From contig CAOJDP010000005.1 in NCBI GenBank assembly GCA_948433085.1, positions 1 to 40,029 of the forward strand: DNA of 40,029 nucleotides, given 5' to 3'. Positions within the stretch are counted from its first letter, which is position 1, and each line of letters opens with the position of its first letter. This DNA is from an uncultured Bacillales bacterium (GTDB lineage Bacteria > Bacillota_I > Bacilli_A > RF39 > UBA660). The position numbers and the translations under genes were made by a program. The notes under the pieces were generated by a model that saw only the letters and a program-made list of their open reading frames with translations, was not told the DNA's origin and did not search any database. Below, piece after piece: positions 17,893 through 27,948 of this stretch.

Positions 17893-18909
17893 CTATTTCA
17901 CATACTTCTTTAAATATTCTAAAGCTTCTTCAAAAGTATTCACTCCTACAATTTCAATTTTATAATGTAAACGCTCCTTTAAGCGAATGGCTTCTTCATA
18001 GTTTTTCCCATTGGGAACAAAGAAAATATCAGCTTTTCCTTTTTCAGCACCTTTTAATTTATACTTAACCCCTGCAATATCCCCTACTTTTCCATTGGCA
18101 TCAATCGTTCCTGTCCCTACTATTTTTTTACCCTGAGTAATATCTTCTTCTGTCAATTGGTTATAGATTGCCAATGTCATCATAAGACCGCCTGAAGGAC
18201 CTGACTCAGATGACTTAAAATGAAATTCTACTTCTGGAGATGTTTCTAATTCTAATTTTTCATGCAACATAATACCTATCATAGGAATCTCCTGAACTAA
18301 AATCATTTCTGCTTTAACCTCTAGTTTTTTTTGATTTCTGATAACTGTAAATTGTATGGTATCACCAACTGAATATTGTTTTAGAATTTGACTTAATTCT
18401 ATTTTACTAGAAATAGGAGTATTAAAGACTTGAATTATTTGATCCCCTATTTTTAAATCTGTTTTTGCAGTAGCATCAATATAGGTTACAAACAATTGTT
18501 GATTTTCAATAGTGACTTCCTTATTTGCTTGTTTAAAAGCAACTAAAATTGCATTTTGATTGGCTTCTTCTAACTGCATTCTATCCCTTAAATATACCTC
18601 ATCTGCATTTTCATTTTCCATTACAACTTCATTTTTTTCAATAATATCCCAATCTTTTTTTAATTTGGCAAGCAACAATGTAGGAATAGTTGCTTTTAAT
18701 TCAGATACATATGCAAGATGAAACGATCCATTTGCAGAATATCCATTTTCAACAACAATTCGATCTGTCACATCAATTGTTCCTCCTGGAGTTTCAATAT
18801 AATAAGGAAATTCATAAGTTAAAGTAAATAACAATAAGAAAAATAAAATAAAAAATTTAATATTTTCAGTTACAATTTGTTTTATTTTTTTGCATACTTG
18901 TTTTATCAT
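17893..18909 (-). CDS. ylbL: PDZ + Lon-like (S16) serine protease, YlbL/SepM family
   Basis: PYYIETPGG, PDZ LKIGDQI, GPSGGLMMTLAIY, GTGTI...VGDIAGVKYK Ser-Lys dyad. Confidence 0.88.
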   Translation of the reverse strand: MIKQVCKKIKQIVTENIKFFILFFLLLFTLTYEFPYYIETPGGTIDVTDRIVVENGYSANGSFHLAYVSELKATIPTLLLAKLKKDWDIIEKNEVVMENENADEVYLRDRMQLEEANQNAILVAFKQANKEVTIENQQLFVTYIDATAKTDLKIGDQIIQVFNTPISSKIELSQILKQYSVGDTIQFTVIRNQKKLEVKAEMILVQEIPMIGIMLHEKLELETSPEVEFHFKSSESGPSGGLMMTLAIYNQLTEEDITQGKKIVGTGTIDANGKVGDIAGVKYKLKGAEKGKADIFFVPNGKNYEEAIRLKERLHYKIEIVGVNTFEEALEYLKKYVK

Positions 18910-18988
18910 AAATCGAATCCTTTCTTTCCTATTTTATGACTATTTTATTCATTATATCATATAATTGAACAAAAAGTAGGTGTAAACT

Positions 18989-19972
18989 ATGAAGAAAATA
19001 TGTACAAGTATTTTTATATTGTTTCTTTTGTTATTTATTGCTTTTGAAATTTTGACAGAATCAAAGACCATTATGGACTCAGTGATATTCTCTTTTCAAA
19101 TTTGGCAAAATAATATTTTTCCCTCCTTATTCCCTTTTTTTGTTTTATCAGAAATCTTAATATATTATGGATTTGTTGAATTTATATCAGAATTATTCAG
19201 ACCCTTAATGGCAAAAATATTTTGTATGAATGGTGCAGCATCTTTTGTTTTTTTTATGAGTTTAGTATCTGGCTTTCCAAGCAATGCAAAGTATACAAGA
19301 GAACTCTATTTAAAAGGATTATTAGATGAAGAAGAGGCTTCTAAAATATTAACATTTTCACATTTTTCCAATCCTTTATTTGTTTTAGGTACAGTTTCTC
19401 TTTTATTTTTGAAAAATAAAGAAGTTGGATTTTTGATTTTAATCTGTCATTATATGACCAATATCTTGATTGGACTTATATTTCGCAGTTATCATAAAAG
19501 CAATGTTTCAAAAAATCACATTTCTATTAAATCCGCAATTATAGCTATGCATCAAAAAAGAATTCACAACGAGAAAACGTTTGGTGCAATGATTACAACT
19601 GCTTTAACCAATAGTATTCAAACCCTACTCCTGATTTTAGGAACAGTTACAATGTTTTTAGTACTTACGACAATTATTGATAATAATTTAAACATAAATT
19701 CTTTATATCAAAGTATTTTAAATGGGTTTGTTGAAATGACACAAGGACTAAAATATGTAAGTATGTTAAATATTCCTTTAAAAATAAAAAGTGTATTAAC
19801 TGTAATGATTTTATCATTTGGAGGATTCAGTGTTCATATGCAAGTAATTAGTATTTTAAGTGATACAAAAATAAAATACCTGCCTTTTTTTACAGCACGT
19901 ATTTTACATAGTGCAATTGCAGGTATCTTAGTCTTTTTCCTATTTGATTTTTGGATTCAATTTTTTATATAA
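18989..19972 (+). CDS. ylbJ: Sporulation integral membrane protein YlbJ
   Basis: IFPSLFPFFVLSE, SGFPSNAK, FSNPLFVLGTV, EMTQG, SFGGFSVHMQ; CATATAAT upstream. Confidence 0.9.
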   Translation: MKKICTSIFILFLLLFIAFEILTESKTIMDSVIFSFQIWQNNIFPSLFPFFVLSEILIYYGFVEFISELFRPLMAKIFCMNGAASFVFFMSLVSGFPSNAKYTRELYLKGLLDEEEASKILTFSHFSNPLFVLGTVSLLFLKNKEVGFLILICHYMTNILIGLIFRSYHKSNVSKNHISIKSAIIAMHQKRIHNEKTFGAMITTALTNSIQTLLLILGTVTMFLVLTTIIDNNLNINSLYQSILNGFVEMTQGLKYVSMLNIPLKIKSVLTVMILSFGGFSVHMQVISILSDTKIKYLPFFTARILHSAIAGILVFFLFDFWIQFFI

Positions 19973-20023
19973 CATTGTTTCAAAAATAAATTATATCGCA
20001 GTTATCTGCTATGAATTTAGCAG

Positions 20024-20557
20024 TTACTGGTTAGGAGTCACAGGTGGTTCTGAATTAGAAGGAGGAATCGGCAGAATGGCGGAACTGTACTGATAAATAA
20101 TAGAAATCCCATACTCGCGTTCTAATAACTTATGTTCTACAGGAATTTCTAGTTTTAACAAAGAATCATTTACTGTAGTACTTGCATTTGTTCCTTTATA
20201 AGTATCAATGTGGATTGTTCCTAAAGTCGCTCCTGTTGGTAATTGCCAGGAATAGTCATGATAACGAATGATCCGTTTTTCCAAATCAATGGATAAATTA
20301 TAAGAATCTCCTGTTTGATATTCAAAAGTAATGCAATGTTCTCCACAACTAGAATATTTTTTTAATTTCAATTTTTCTAAATCATTACTGATTTTCTTTG
20401 TTAAAATTCCTTGTTTACTTAACATAGTTGTTTGTAAATCTCCTTTGATATAAATTTCCCTCAATGAAATAATAATTTCAAATAATAAAATTGTAATCAC
20501 AGTAACTAAACTAAATGTAACAGCAAGTTCAATCAATGTAAAACCCTTTTTTTTCAT
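20024..20557 (-). CDS. Type IV pilin-like protein (minor pilin)
   Basis: Class III signal peptide MKKKG/FTLIEL plus hydrophobic helix; Pro-rich C-tail. Confidence 0.85.
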   Translation of the reverse strand: MKKKGFTLIELAVTFSLVTVITILLFEIIISLREIYIKGDLQTTMLSKQGILTKKISNDLEKLKLKKYSSCGEHCITFEYQTGDSYNLSIDLEKRIIRYHDYSWQLPTGATLGTIHIDTYKGTNASTTVNDSLLKLEIPVEHKLLEREYGISIIYQYSSAILPIPPSNSEPPVTPNQ

Positions 20558-20571
20558 GTAAATTCCCCTTT

Positions 20572-21063
20572 CTACTTCATTTGCAAAGAAGCTACTGTGC
20601 CATCATTAAATTCTACAACTAATCTATTTTTTGCAAAACGAGATGTTGATAAACTCAAAATATACTGATCCATTGTTTCACTAAAAAGATTGCTTGACTT
20701 TGTTTGGAGTTGTTCTTTTAATTTTGATAAATCGTCTTTTACAACTACCGCTTTTTTCACATCTGCTAACCACATTAAACGTTTACAATAATCACTCGCT
20801 GATGTTGTAAACACACAAGATTCAATTTCAACATATTCTTTAGTAGTTAATGCTTTCGTTATATCACTAATATCCGTATTTTCTAAATAAGATACAATAT
20901 TTTGAACATAATATAAACTAGGTATTGTATCTCTTGTAAAACTAATGTCGTAAGTCTTTTTGATATTGGAAAACTGGACATATAAATAAACAAGCGTTCC
21001 AATCACAAATGTAGAAACAAGTAAAGTTTCAATTAAAGTAAATCCTTTGCTATTTTTTTTCAT
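20572..21063 (-). CDS. Type IV pilin-like protein (minor pilin)
   Basis: Class III signal peptide MKKNSKG/FTLIETL; one Cys pair. Confidence 0.85.
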   Translation of the reverse strand: MKKNSKGFTLIETLLVSTFVIGTLVYLYVQFSNIKKTYDISFTRDTIPSLYYVQNIVSYLENTDISDITKALTTKEYVEIESCVFTTSASDYCKRLMWLADVKKAVVVKDDLSKLKEQLQTKSSNLFSETMDQYILSLSTSRFAKNRLVVEFNDGTVASLQMK

Positions 21064-21169
21064 AAGTTAACTCCTTTTTCTTGTATTTCTTACAAAACTA
21101 TTATATAATAGATTCAGGATAAATGCTAGTCCTAAAGTGAATAAAAAGGATATAAAGGGGATGTAAATC

Positions 21170-22648
21170 ATGTTAAAAAATTTTGATTATGATAAAACGC
21201 CAGTAGTAGAAGTTGTAAATGAGATTCTAGTGGACTCTAGTAAAAGAGGCGCAAGTGATATTCATTTTGACCCATTAGAAGACTATATGCGAATTCGTAT
21301 TCGTATTGATGGTACTTTGATTGATTATGCAAAAGTACCTAATAGCATTAGAAAAAATTTAGTGACGCGTATTAAGATTATTTCAGGTATGAATATTACA
21401 GAATCGAGATTGCCACAAGATGGTGCGATTAAAGTAACTTTACAAGATATTAATTTGGATTTGCGTGTTTCTTGTTTACCCGTTTTAGTTGGTGGCCTTG
21501 GTGGCGAAAAGATTGTTGTTCGTATTTTGGATTACAGTATGAGTTCTAGTGGTCTTGAAACATTAGGATTTAGTGAACGAAATTATCAAAAAGTATTAAA
21601 AATGATCGCAATGCCAAATGGAATTATACTAGTAACAGGAGCAACAGGGTCAGGTAAATCTACAACTGTATATTCAATCTTGCAGAAATTGAATCGTGAA
21701 GAAACAAATATCATTACAGTAGAAGACCCTATTGAAATGAATATTGAAGGAATCAACCAAGTACAAACAAATAGTGAAATTGGCTTAACATTTGCTAATG
21801 CACTTCGTTCTATTTTACGTCAAGATCCAAACGTAATTATGATTGGAGAAATTCGTGATACAGAAACTGCTCGTATTGCAGTACGTGCCTCTATTACAGG
21901 ACATATCGTATTATCTACAATCCATACCAACAGTTCCTTAAATACAATCGAACGTTTACTAGATATGGAAGTAGAGCGTTACTTACTTGCAAGTGCATTA
22001 ACAGGAATCATTTCGCAAAAATTAGCACGACGTTTGTGTACACACTGTTGTAAGAAAAAGAAAACCAATCAATATGAAAAAGAATTATTCAAACGAGTGC
22101 TTCACCGGGAAATTGATGAAATTTATACAACAGAGGGTTGTGAGATTTGTGGAAATGGATACAAAGGTCGTATAGCAATTCAAGAAGTTCTTTTAGTAAA
22201 CCAGGAAATTAAAGATGCCATTAGTAGTAATCTTCGAAAAGAAAAATTAAGAGAGCTCGTGTATCGAGCAGATGTAACTACATTATTAGAAGATGGACTT
22301 GAAAAAGTTGCAGCAGGACTAACAACTTTTGAAGAAGTGCTAAAATTAATTGAATTAGAAAATGATGATCGTCAAGATAGTGGTTCTTATGATTTGAAAT
22401 CAGCGCTTGATTTTACCAGCATTGCACAAGAGCATCAAGAACATCCAGAAGAATTAAATCCTATTCCTCCAAAGCCTGAAGTAAATGAACAAAATTTAGA
22501 TATTGACACATTCTTTAACCAGTCAATAGAATCTGATATAAATAAAATTAAACCAGTACAGCCTATCACACCACAACCAGCACCAGTACAACAGACGACT
22601 GCCTCTACATTTGATGACGATGAAGATTTAATGAATATGGAATTTTAA
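21170..22648 (+). CDS. pilB: Type IV pilus/T2SS assembly ATPase (PilB/ComGA/GspE family)
   Basis: ASDIHFDP, RLPQDG, Walker A GATGSGKST, TVEDPIE, LRQDPNVIMIGEIRD, TGHIVLSTIHTN, CxxC...CxxC. Confidence 0.93.
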   Translation: MLKNFDYDKTPVVEVVNEILVDSSKRGASDIHFDPLEDYMRIRIRIDGTLIDYAKVPNSIRKNLVTRIKIISGMNITESRLPQDGAIKVTLQDINLDLRVSCLPVLVGGLGGEKIVVRILDYSMSSSGLETLGFSERNYQKVLKMIAMPNGIILVTGATGSGKSTTVYSILQKLNREETNIITVEDPIEMNIEGINQVQTNSEIGLTFANALRSILRQDPNVIMIGEIRDTETARIAVRASITGHIVLSTIHTNSSLNTIERLLDMEVERYLLASALTGIISQKLARRLCTHCCKKKKTNQYEKELFKRVLHREIDEIYTTEGCEICGNGYKGRIAIQEVLLVNQEIKDAISSNLRKEKLRELVYRADVTTLLEDGLEKVAAGLTTFEEVLKLIELENDDRQDSGSYDLKSALDFTSIAQEHQEHPEELNPIPPKPEVNEQNLDIDTFFNQSIESDINKIKPVQPITPQPAPVQQTTASTFDDDEDLMNMEF

Positions 22649-22676
22649 AAAACAGATCCAATGCGATCTGTTTTCT
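22649..22676. terminator. Bidirectional terminator pilB/holA
   Basis: AAAACAGATC-CAATGC-GATCTGTTTT. Confidence 0.75.
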
Positions 22677-23621
22677 TTATACATTTAATATAAATAATTC
22701 TAATCCTATGTTTTTATCCATTTTTCCGCTTTTAATTTCATAGTCCAAGTTTGCTAACTGTTTTAAATAAGATAGTAAATCCTCTTCCTGAAATTTTCGA
22801 CTTTTTTCTAAAGCCAATTTCACACGATATGGGTGAATATCCAAATGACTCGCTATATTTTTTTCAGAATATCCCCTTTTTAATAATTGTTTTGCTTGAT
22901 ACATAATCCGAAATTGATTCGCCAACATAATGATAATTTTGATAGGCTCTTCCCCTAATTTGATCATCTCTGTATAACTTTCTAAAGCTTTTTCTTTATT
23001 TTTCAATACAATATCTTCAATTAAGGTAAAAATATCAATATCAACTGTTTTACAAGTAATATCTAAAATATCTTGTCTTGTAATCTCTAACACTTCATTT
23101 TTATAAATTTTTAATTTTTCTATTTCTTGTTCTAATAAAGAAAGATTATGACCTACACGATTAATGAAGAATGAATAATCGCTCAATTGCATATAATAAG
23201 GCTTTAACATATTAGTAACAAAAGAAACTTCATTTTCCAAAGGAACAAATTCGAATACCTTCCCTACTTTTTTTAATTGTGTCACTATTTTTTTTCTAGA
23301 ATCAATTGTCTCCTTATTCACAATAAATAATAGTATCGTAGATGGATTTGGATGTTCTAAGTAATCTGTTAAACATTCTAATGGTTGTTCTGGTAATTTT
23401 TTATTATTTGAAGATGTAAAAATGTAACTATTTTCAATGATAATTGCTTTTTTTTCTCCAAACAAAGAGATTGTAACTGCATCTTCTATAATCTCTTTTA
23501 AACTATGAGTTTCCAAATCATAATGATTTAAATTGATTTCATCTATTTCTTCTTTTTTTATAATTTCTTTAATTTCTCTATGGATTAAGAAATCTTCAAG
23601 ACCATATAATAAATAAATCAT
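22677..23621 (-). CDS. holA: DNA polymerase III delta subunit
   Basis: IYLLYG.E, IDSRKK, EIEKL, GEEPIKI, HPYRVKLA, D.EIKSG...LELFIL; AGGTGA before ATG 23621. Confidence 0.93.
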   Translation of the reverse strand: MIYLLYGLEDFLIHREIKEIIKKEEIDEINLNHYDLETHSLKEIIEDAVTISLFGEKKAIIIENSYIFTSSNNKKLPEQPLECLTDYLEHPNPSTILLFIVNKETIDSRKKIVTQLKKVGKVFEFVPLENEVSFVTNMLKPYYMQLSDYSFFINRVGHNLSLLEQEIEKLKIYKNEVLEITRQDILDITCKTVDIDIFTLIEDIVLKNKEKALESYTEMIKLGEEPIKIIIMLANQFRIMYQAKQLLKRGYSEKNIASHLDIHPYRVKLALEKSRKFQEEDLLSYLKQLANLDYEIKSGKMDKNIGLELFILNV

Positions 23622-23669
23622 ATATCTCACCTTTTTCATTATAGCAGATTTTAGGCTAAAAAAAAAGAA

Positions 23670-24281
23670 CTACATTTTTCGCTTTTGAACTTCTCTCAAT
23701 GTAGATACATCAATTGAAGTGCTTGGATAAGGTAAATAAAACTTTCCATTTTTTTGTTTCATAAGTTCTTCTTCTGATAAACAATAGATATAATATTTTC
23801 TTTCTGTATATGATTCTTCTATTCTAACTACATAATTTAAATAATTTTGAATTGTCTCATAAAATTCTTGTTGCCCATATTTCTTCCATATATATCTTTT
23901 TATCTCATTTTGATTAGAATCATATCTAGACGTTTCTCTGTATTGGCAATACATATTATTTCGATGATATTCATAATTGAATATCGTATTGTAAGAAATA
24001 TTTTGCCTCTTTCCTATATTATTTTCACATATATAAGTAATCCCAAGTTGTATAAAATGATCCACAAAATAAAATAGGATTTTCGTAGGTAATAAAACCA
24101 TACGAATTCCATAATAAAGCTTTTTATCTTTAAAAATCCCAATTTCATAACATTGCTCTTCCATGTTATAATCTATTTTTACTTTTGAATAAGCTAATAA
24201 GTGTTCTAAGAAATTTCTAAGACGAATAGACATTGGATATCCTTCTATTTCTGAAAACAAAAGTAACTTTGAATTTATCAT
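23670..24281 (-). CDS. Hypothetical Tyr-rich protein
   Basis: 203-aa ORF with no recognisable motif; probably co-transcribed with 24334-24855. Confidence 0.65.
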   Translation of the reverse strand: MINSKLLLFSEIEGYPMSIRLRNFLEHLLAYSKVKIDYNMEEQCYEIGIFKDKKLYYGIRMVLLPTKILFYFVDHFIQLGITYICENNIGKRQNISYNTIFNYEYHRNNMYCQYRETSRYDSNQNEIKRYIWKKYGQQEFYETIQNYLNYVVRIEESYTERKYYIYCLSEEELMKQKNGKFYLPYPSTSIDVSTLREVQKRKM

Positions 24282-24333
24282 ATTATCATCTCTTAATCAA
24301 TCAATGCAGAATCGTATCTTTTTAGAACAAAAA

Positions 24334-24855
24334 TCACTTTATTTTTTGGAATCCCTCTGTTTGAGGAAATGCCAATTCATTTTTTAGAACAGTATTTTCT
24401 AAGTATTGCGCCATCAATTCTTCAGCAGTTAAACACCCATAAAAATCTAAAAAAAGACAAATTTGACAGTCAAATGCTTTTCCATTACCACTTGTATAAT
24501 ACCAAGGAATAGAAAAGGTAATCTCTTGTTTACTGTTTTGTATCTTACAAATTTTTCTATAATCGTTTGCAAAATATTGGATAAGATCACTGATAACTTT
24601 TTCCGAAAGAAATCTGTCAATATGAATTTCTTCTGGTACCCTATTATATATTCCATTTTTCACGACTGTAAAATAAATTTGAGTAAAAGAAGATAAGGAA
24701 GAAATTCCATTATAAAAATTTAAAATCATATGCACTTGCGTTAATTGATTCTTGGATGCGAATTCTTTACTACTCACATTAGACAATTGATTTAAAATCA
24801 CTTGTTTCATTTGTAATAAAATTTCAGCATCATTTTTATTATTCCATTTTTTCAT
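24334..24855 (-). CDS. Hypothetical protein
   Basis: 173 aa; AGGTGA RBS; TTGCTT-N17-TATAAT promoter upstream. Confidence 0.7.
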   Translation of the reverse strand: MKKWNNKNDAEILLQMKQVILNQLSNVSSKEFASKNQLTQVHMILNFYNGISSLSSFTQIYFTVVKNGIYNRVPEEIHIDRFLSEKVISDLIQYFANDYRKICKIQNSKQEITFSIPWYYTSGNGKAFDCQICLFLDFYGCLTAEELMAQYLENTVLKNELAFPQTEGFQKIK

Positions 24856-24905
24856 GCAATCACCTGTGAAGCTTTATTATAAATAAAGTTTTTCAAAAAA
24901 GCAAG

Positions 24906-26300
24906 TTATGCTTTTTCTAACTCTACATAAAAAGTTGTTCCCTTTCCTTTTTCTGAACGGACCCCATATGGCATATGATGTTGTTCCATAATGCTTTTTA
25001 CAATGGATAAACCAATCCCTGTGCTACTTTCTTCTCTTCTATGATTCTTGTCAATTTTATAATAACGATCCCAAATAAATGGTAAATTTTGAGAAGTAAT
25101 TCCTTTTCCATGGTCAATGATTTCAATAAGAATTGTAGTTTCCTTTTCTTCTATATGAATGAGAACTTGTTGATCAGTGCCTACGTATGTGATTGCATTA
25201 CTAATTAAATTATATAGCACACGTTCAATTCTTTTTTGATCCGCTTTAACCATTTGTGTTTTTTGATTATCATAAGAAAAATAAATTTGTTTTTTTTCTT
25301 TTAAATAAGAAAATTTTTTTAAAATACTTTCTATTAATTGATGCAGGTCAAACAGTTCTACTTGTAATGCCTCTACCCCAGCTTGCATTTTAGAAAGTTC
25401 TAAAATATCATTTACAAGCACATTTAAACGATCTGTTTCTTCTATAATCGTATTTAAATGATTGTTCCTTTTCTTTTCATTTTTATAACTTAAATCTCGA
25501 ATCATTTCCGCATAAGCTCGAATCATAGTAAGTGGGGTTTTTAAATCGTGCGAGACATTCGCTAATAAATCACGCCTTAATTCTTCTGTTATTCCAAGCT
25601 CTTCTTCCGCATGATTTAGAGTATCCGCAAGTTGATTCAATTCTTGTATATCTGTTTGCGTATCAAATTTTACTTTAAAATTTCCATTTGCTAATTCCTG
25701 AGCAGAATTGGTTAAATGAACAATCGGTTTTGATATTTTTCTAGATATAAAATAACTGATTAAAAAAGAAAGTATGAAAACAAGTATTGTTACATATACC
25801 AATTGACTGGCTAAAATATTAGTTGCCCAACCAAGTGGTTCTAAAGATACATTAATAAAAACAAATGTCTCTTTATCCAATTTTAATGCATGTACCAATG
25901 TCTTATTATGAAATTTTTGATTCACAATTTTATAGCTTTTGTTTTCTGCGCCACTATTTATAAATTCTTTTTTATAGGGGTAAGTAATAATGGAGGTATC
26001 GGATTCTAAACAACCTCGACTATAACTGTTAGTAGAGTAAAAGGGGTTTCCATTTTGTATCATTTCAATACAAACGCCTTTGTCAAAAGTAATATTATCA
26101 ATCAGTTCTTGAAAATTTTCCGATAAATAATTTTTTTCTATCAAAGATGCAATCTTATGTATATCATTAATTTTCACATGTTCATAATAGGTATTTAAGA
26201 GTAAAACTTGAAATAGCCATAAAAATGTAAGTATAGCAACAGAAAAAAGAATTAAATAAAGCCATACTTTATGTGTAAGTTTACAATTTTTCGATTTCAA
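24906..26300 (-). CDS. Membrane sensor histidine kinase (HAMP-HisKA-HATPase)
   Basis: 2 TM, NVSHDLKTPLT H-box, NLISNA, DHGKGI, GIGLSIV, GTTF. Confidence 0.95.
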   Translation of the reverse strand: MKSKNCKLTHKVWLYLILFSVAILTFLWLFQVLLLNTYYEHVKINDIHKIASLIEKNYLSENFQELIDNITFDKGVCIEMIQNGNPFYSTNSYSRGCLESDTSIITYPYKKEFINSGAENKSYKIVNQKFHNKTLVHALKLDKETFVFINVSLEPLGWATNILASQLVYVTILVFILSFLISYFISRKISKPIVHLTNSAQELANGNFKVKFDTQTDIQELNQLADTLNHAEEELGITEELRRDLLANVSHDLKTPLTMIRAYAEMIRDLSYKNEKKRNNHLNTIIEETDRLNVLVNDILELSKMQAGVEALQVELFDLHQLIESILKKFSYLKEKKQIYFSYDNQKTQMVKADQKRIERVLYNLISNAITYVGTDQQVLIHIEEKETTILIEIIDHGKGITSQNLPFIWDRYYKIDKNHRREESSTGIGLSIVKSIMEQHHMPYGVRSEKGKGTTFYVELEKA

Positions 26301-26949
26301 ATTTATAACCTACTGTTCTAACTGTGGTAATTAAATCTCTGTATTTTCCTAAATTTCCACGCAACATTTTGATATGTGTGTCAATTGTTCTATCATCCCC
26401 AAAAAAGTCATAGCCCCATAAAGTACTAAGTAACTGTTCCCTAGATAGCGCAATTCCTTCATTTTCTATAAAATAAACCAATAATTCATATTCCTTTGGT
26501 GTCAGTTTAATCTCTTGATTTTCTATCTTTACTGTGTGTCCTTTATAATCAACTATAAAATCATGATAAACAAAACAATCTTTTTCCCTTTTTTGATAAC
26601 GTTTGGTAATTGCTTTTATTCTTGCGATTAATTCTTTTGGGCTAAATGGTTTGGTTAAATAATCATCGATTCCTAAATGAAAACCCATCAATTTGTCATA
26701 TTCTTCACTACGTGCTGATAACATAATGGTTGGAATATTTTTATATGCTTTTATCTCTTGATAAGCAGAAAAACCATCCAATACTGGCATCATAATATCC
26801 AATACAACCACATCAATGGCATGTTGTTTTACAAGTTCAACTGCTTCTTTTCCATTTGTTGCCTCGATTACATCGTAATTCTCATTTTCGGCATATTCCT
26901 TTACAACTTCTCTTATTTTTTCTTCATCATCTACAATGAGTACAGTCAT
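26281..26949 (-). CDS. OmpR/PhoB-family response regulator
   Basis: LIVDDE, LDIMMP, KPFS, LTPKEYELL, DRTIDTHIK, TVRTVGYKF. Confidence 0.96.
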   Translation of the reverse strand: MTVLIVDDEEKIREVVKEYAENENYDVIEATNGKEAVELVKQHAIDVVVLDIMMPVLDGFSAYQEIKAYKNIPTIMLSARSEEYDKLMGFHLGIDDYLTKPFSPKELIARIKAITKRYQKREKDCFVYHDFIVDYKGHTVKIENQEIKLTPKEYELLVYFIENEGIALSREQLLSTLWGYDFFGDDRTIDTHIKMLRGNLGKYRDLITTVRTVGYKFEIEKL

Positions 26950-27037
26950 AGTATCACTTCCTTCTTTTCTATATTATACAGAAAAATTTGTAGTTTTTGT
27001 GAAATTGCCAAAAAGAAAAGACATTTTAAAATATCTT

Positions 27038-27763
27038 TTAGACTTTTATTTTCAATTTTTCTTGCTTATAAGTAGAAGCAAGTCTTTCAGCTACTTCTTT
27101 CATTTCTAAGTAAGTGAGGTATTCCCCTTTTTCTAACTGTTGCATTACAAGCGTATCTGTAAAGTCTAAGATGTAAGAATATCTTGAATCACATAAGCAG
27201 GAATGATGGAGGAACAAATTTCTTTCTTCTTCTTTTTTTAGTCCTCCATTATAATAAATTCCAATAAAATTTGAGACATCAAAATGGTTTATAAAATTGT
27301 CACCATAAGTTAATTGTATATAATTGTCACTTGGAACTTGTAAATAATGATTGATTTGATTAAATTCTGCTTCACTCTGGACATGCTGAACAGGAAAGAT
27401 TGGACGCAGTTTACAATCAAATCTTGCCTTCATTTCAGTAGTTGCTTCTTCTAATTTTTCCTCTTCTACCAAACATACAAGATGTTTTGTTTGCAATGTA
27501 TTTTGACCACTATAGTAGTATGGATCAGCAAGTGTAGGATAAAAAACTTCTACACTATATTTCTTGTTTTCTATTAAACTTACAAAATAAGCAACCGCCT
27601 TTAAACTTTCATGATAAGAAAGATAATGTGCATTCTCAATAAAATTATTGACTGCCCTTAAATAATGTAATTCTTTTCTTGAATTTGGCCTTTGCGCATT
27701 TACTTTTAATAACATGGAAACCTTTTTATCAAGGTATAAAGGAATTCTATCATTCATTTTCAT
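27038..27763 (-). CDS. Hypothetical protein
   Basis: 241 aa; own TTTACT-N17-TATAAT promoter and purine-rich RBS; no recognisable motif. Confidence 0.7.
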   Translation of the reverse strand: MKMNDRIPLYLDKKVSMLLKVNAQRPNSRKELHYLRAVNNFIENAHYLSYHESLKAVAYFVSLIENKKYSVEVFYPTLADPYYYSGQNTLQTKHLVCLVEEEKLEEATTEMKARFDCKLRPIFPVQHVQSEAEFNQINHYLQVPSDNYIQLTYGDNFINHFDVSNFIGIYYNGGLKKEEERNLFLHHSCLCDSRYSYILDFTDTLVMQQLEKGEYLTYLEMKEVAERLASTYKQEKLKIKV

Positions 27764-27920
27764 CTATTTACCCTCTCTCTTGATTTTTTATTATACAAAA
27801 TAATACCATAAAAGTAAAGAAAGAAGATATCATTATTTTTGTGCATAATTTCCTAATAAAAATTGTGCAAGGATAGGCAACAATAATTTTTCTTCCTATG
27901 ATTACATATGGACTATCAAT

Positions 27921-27948
27921 AAAAATAAGGAAGCATATCCTTATTTTT
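27921..27948 (-). terminator. Terminator of the flavinylation operon
   Basis: AAAAATAAGGA-N6-TCCTTATTTTT. Confidence 0.7.

Noticed and set aside
26974-27004. ACAAA tandem upstream of the response regulator as an autoregulatory box
   Set aside because: 9-nt spacing and low complexity; not distinguishable from background.
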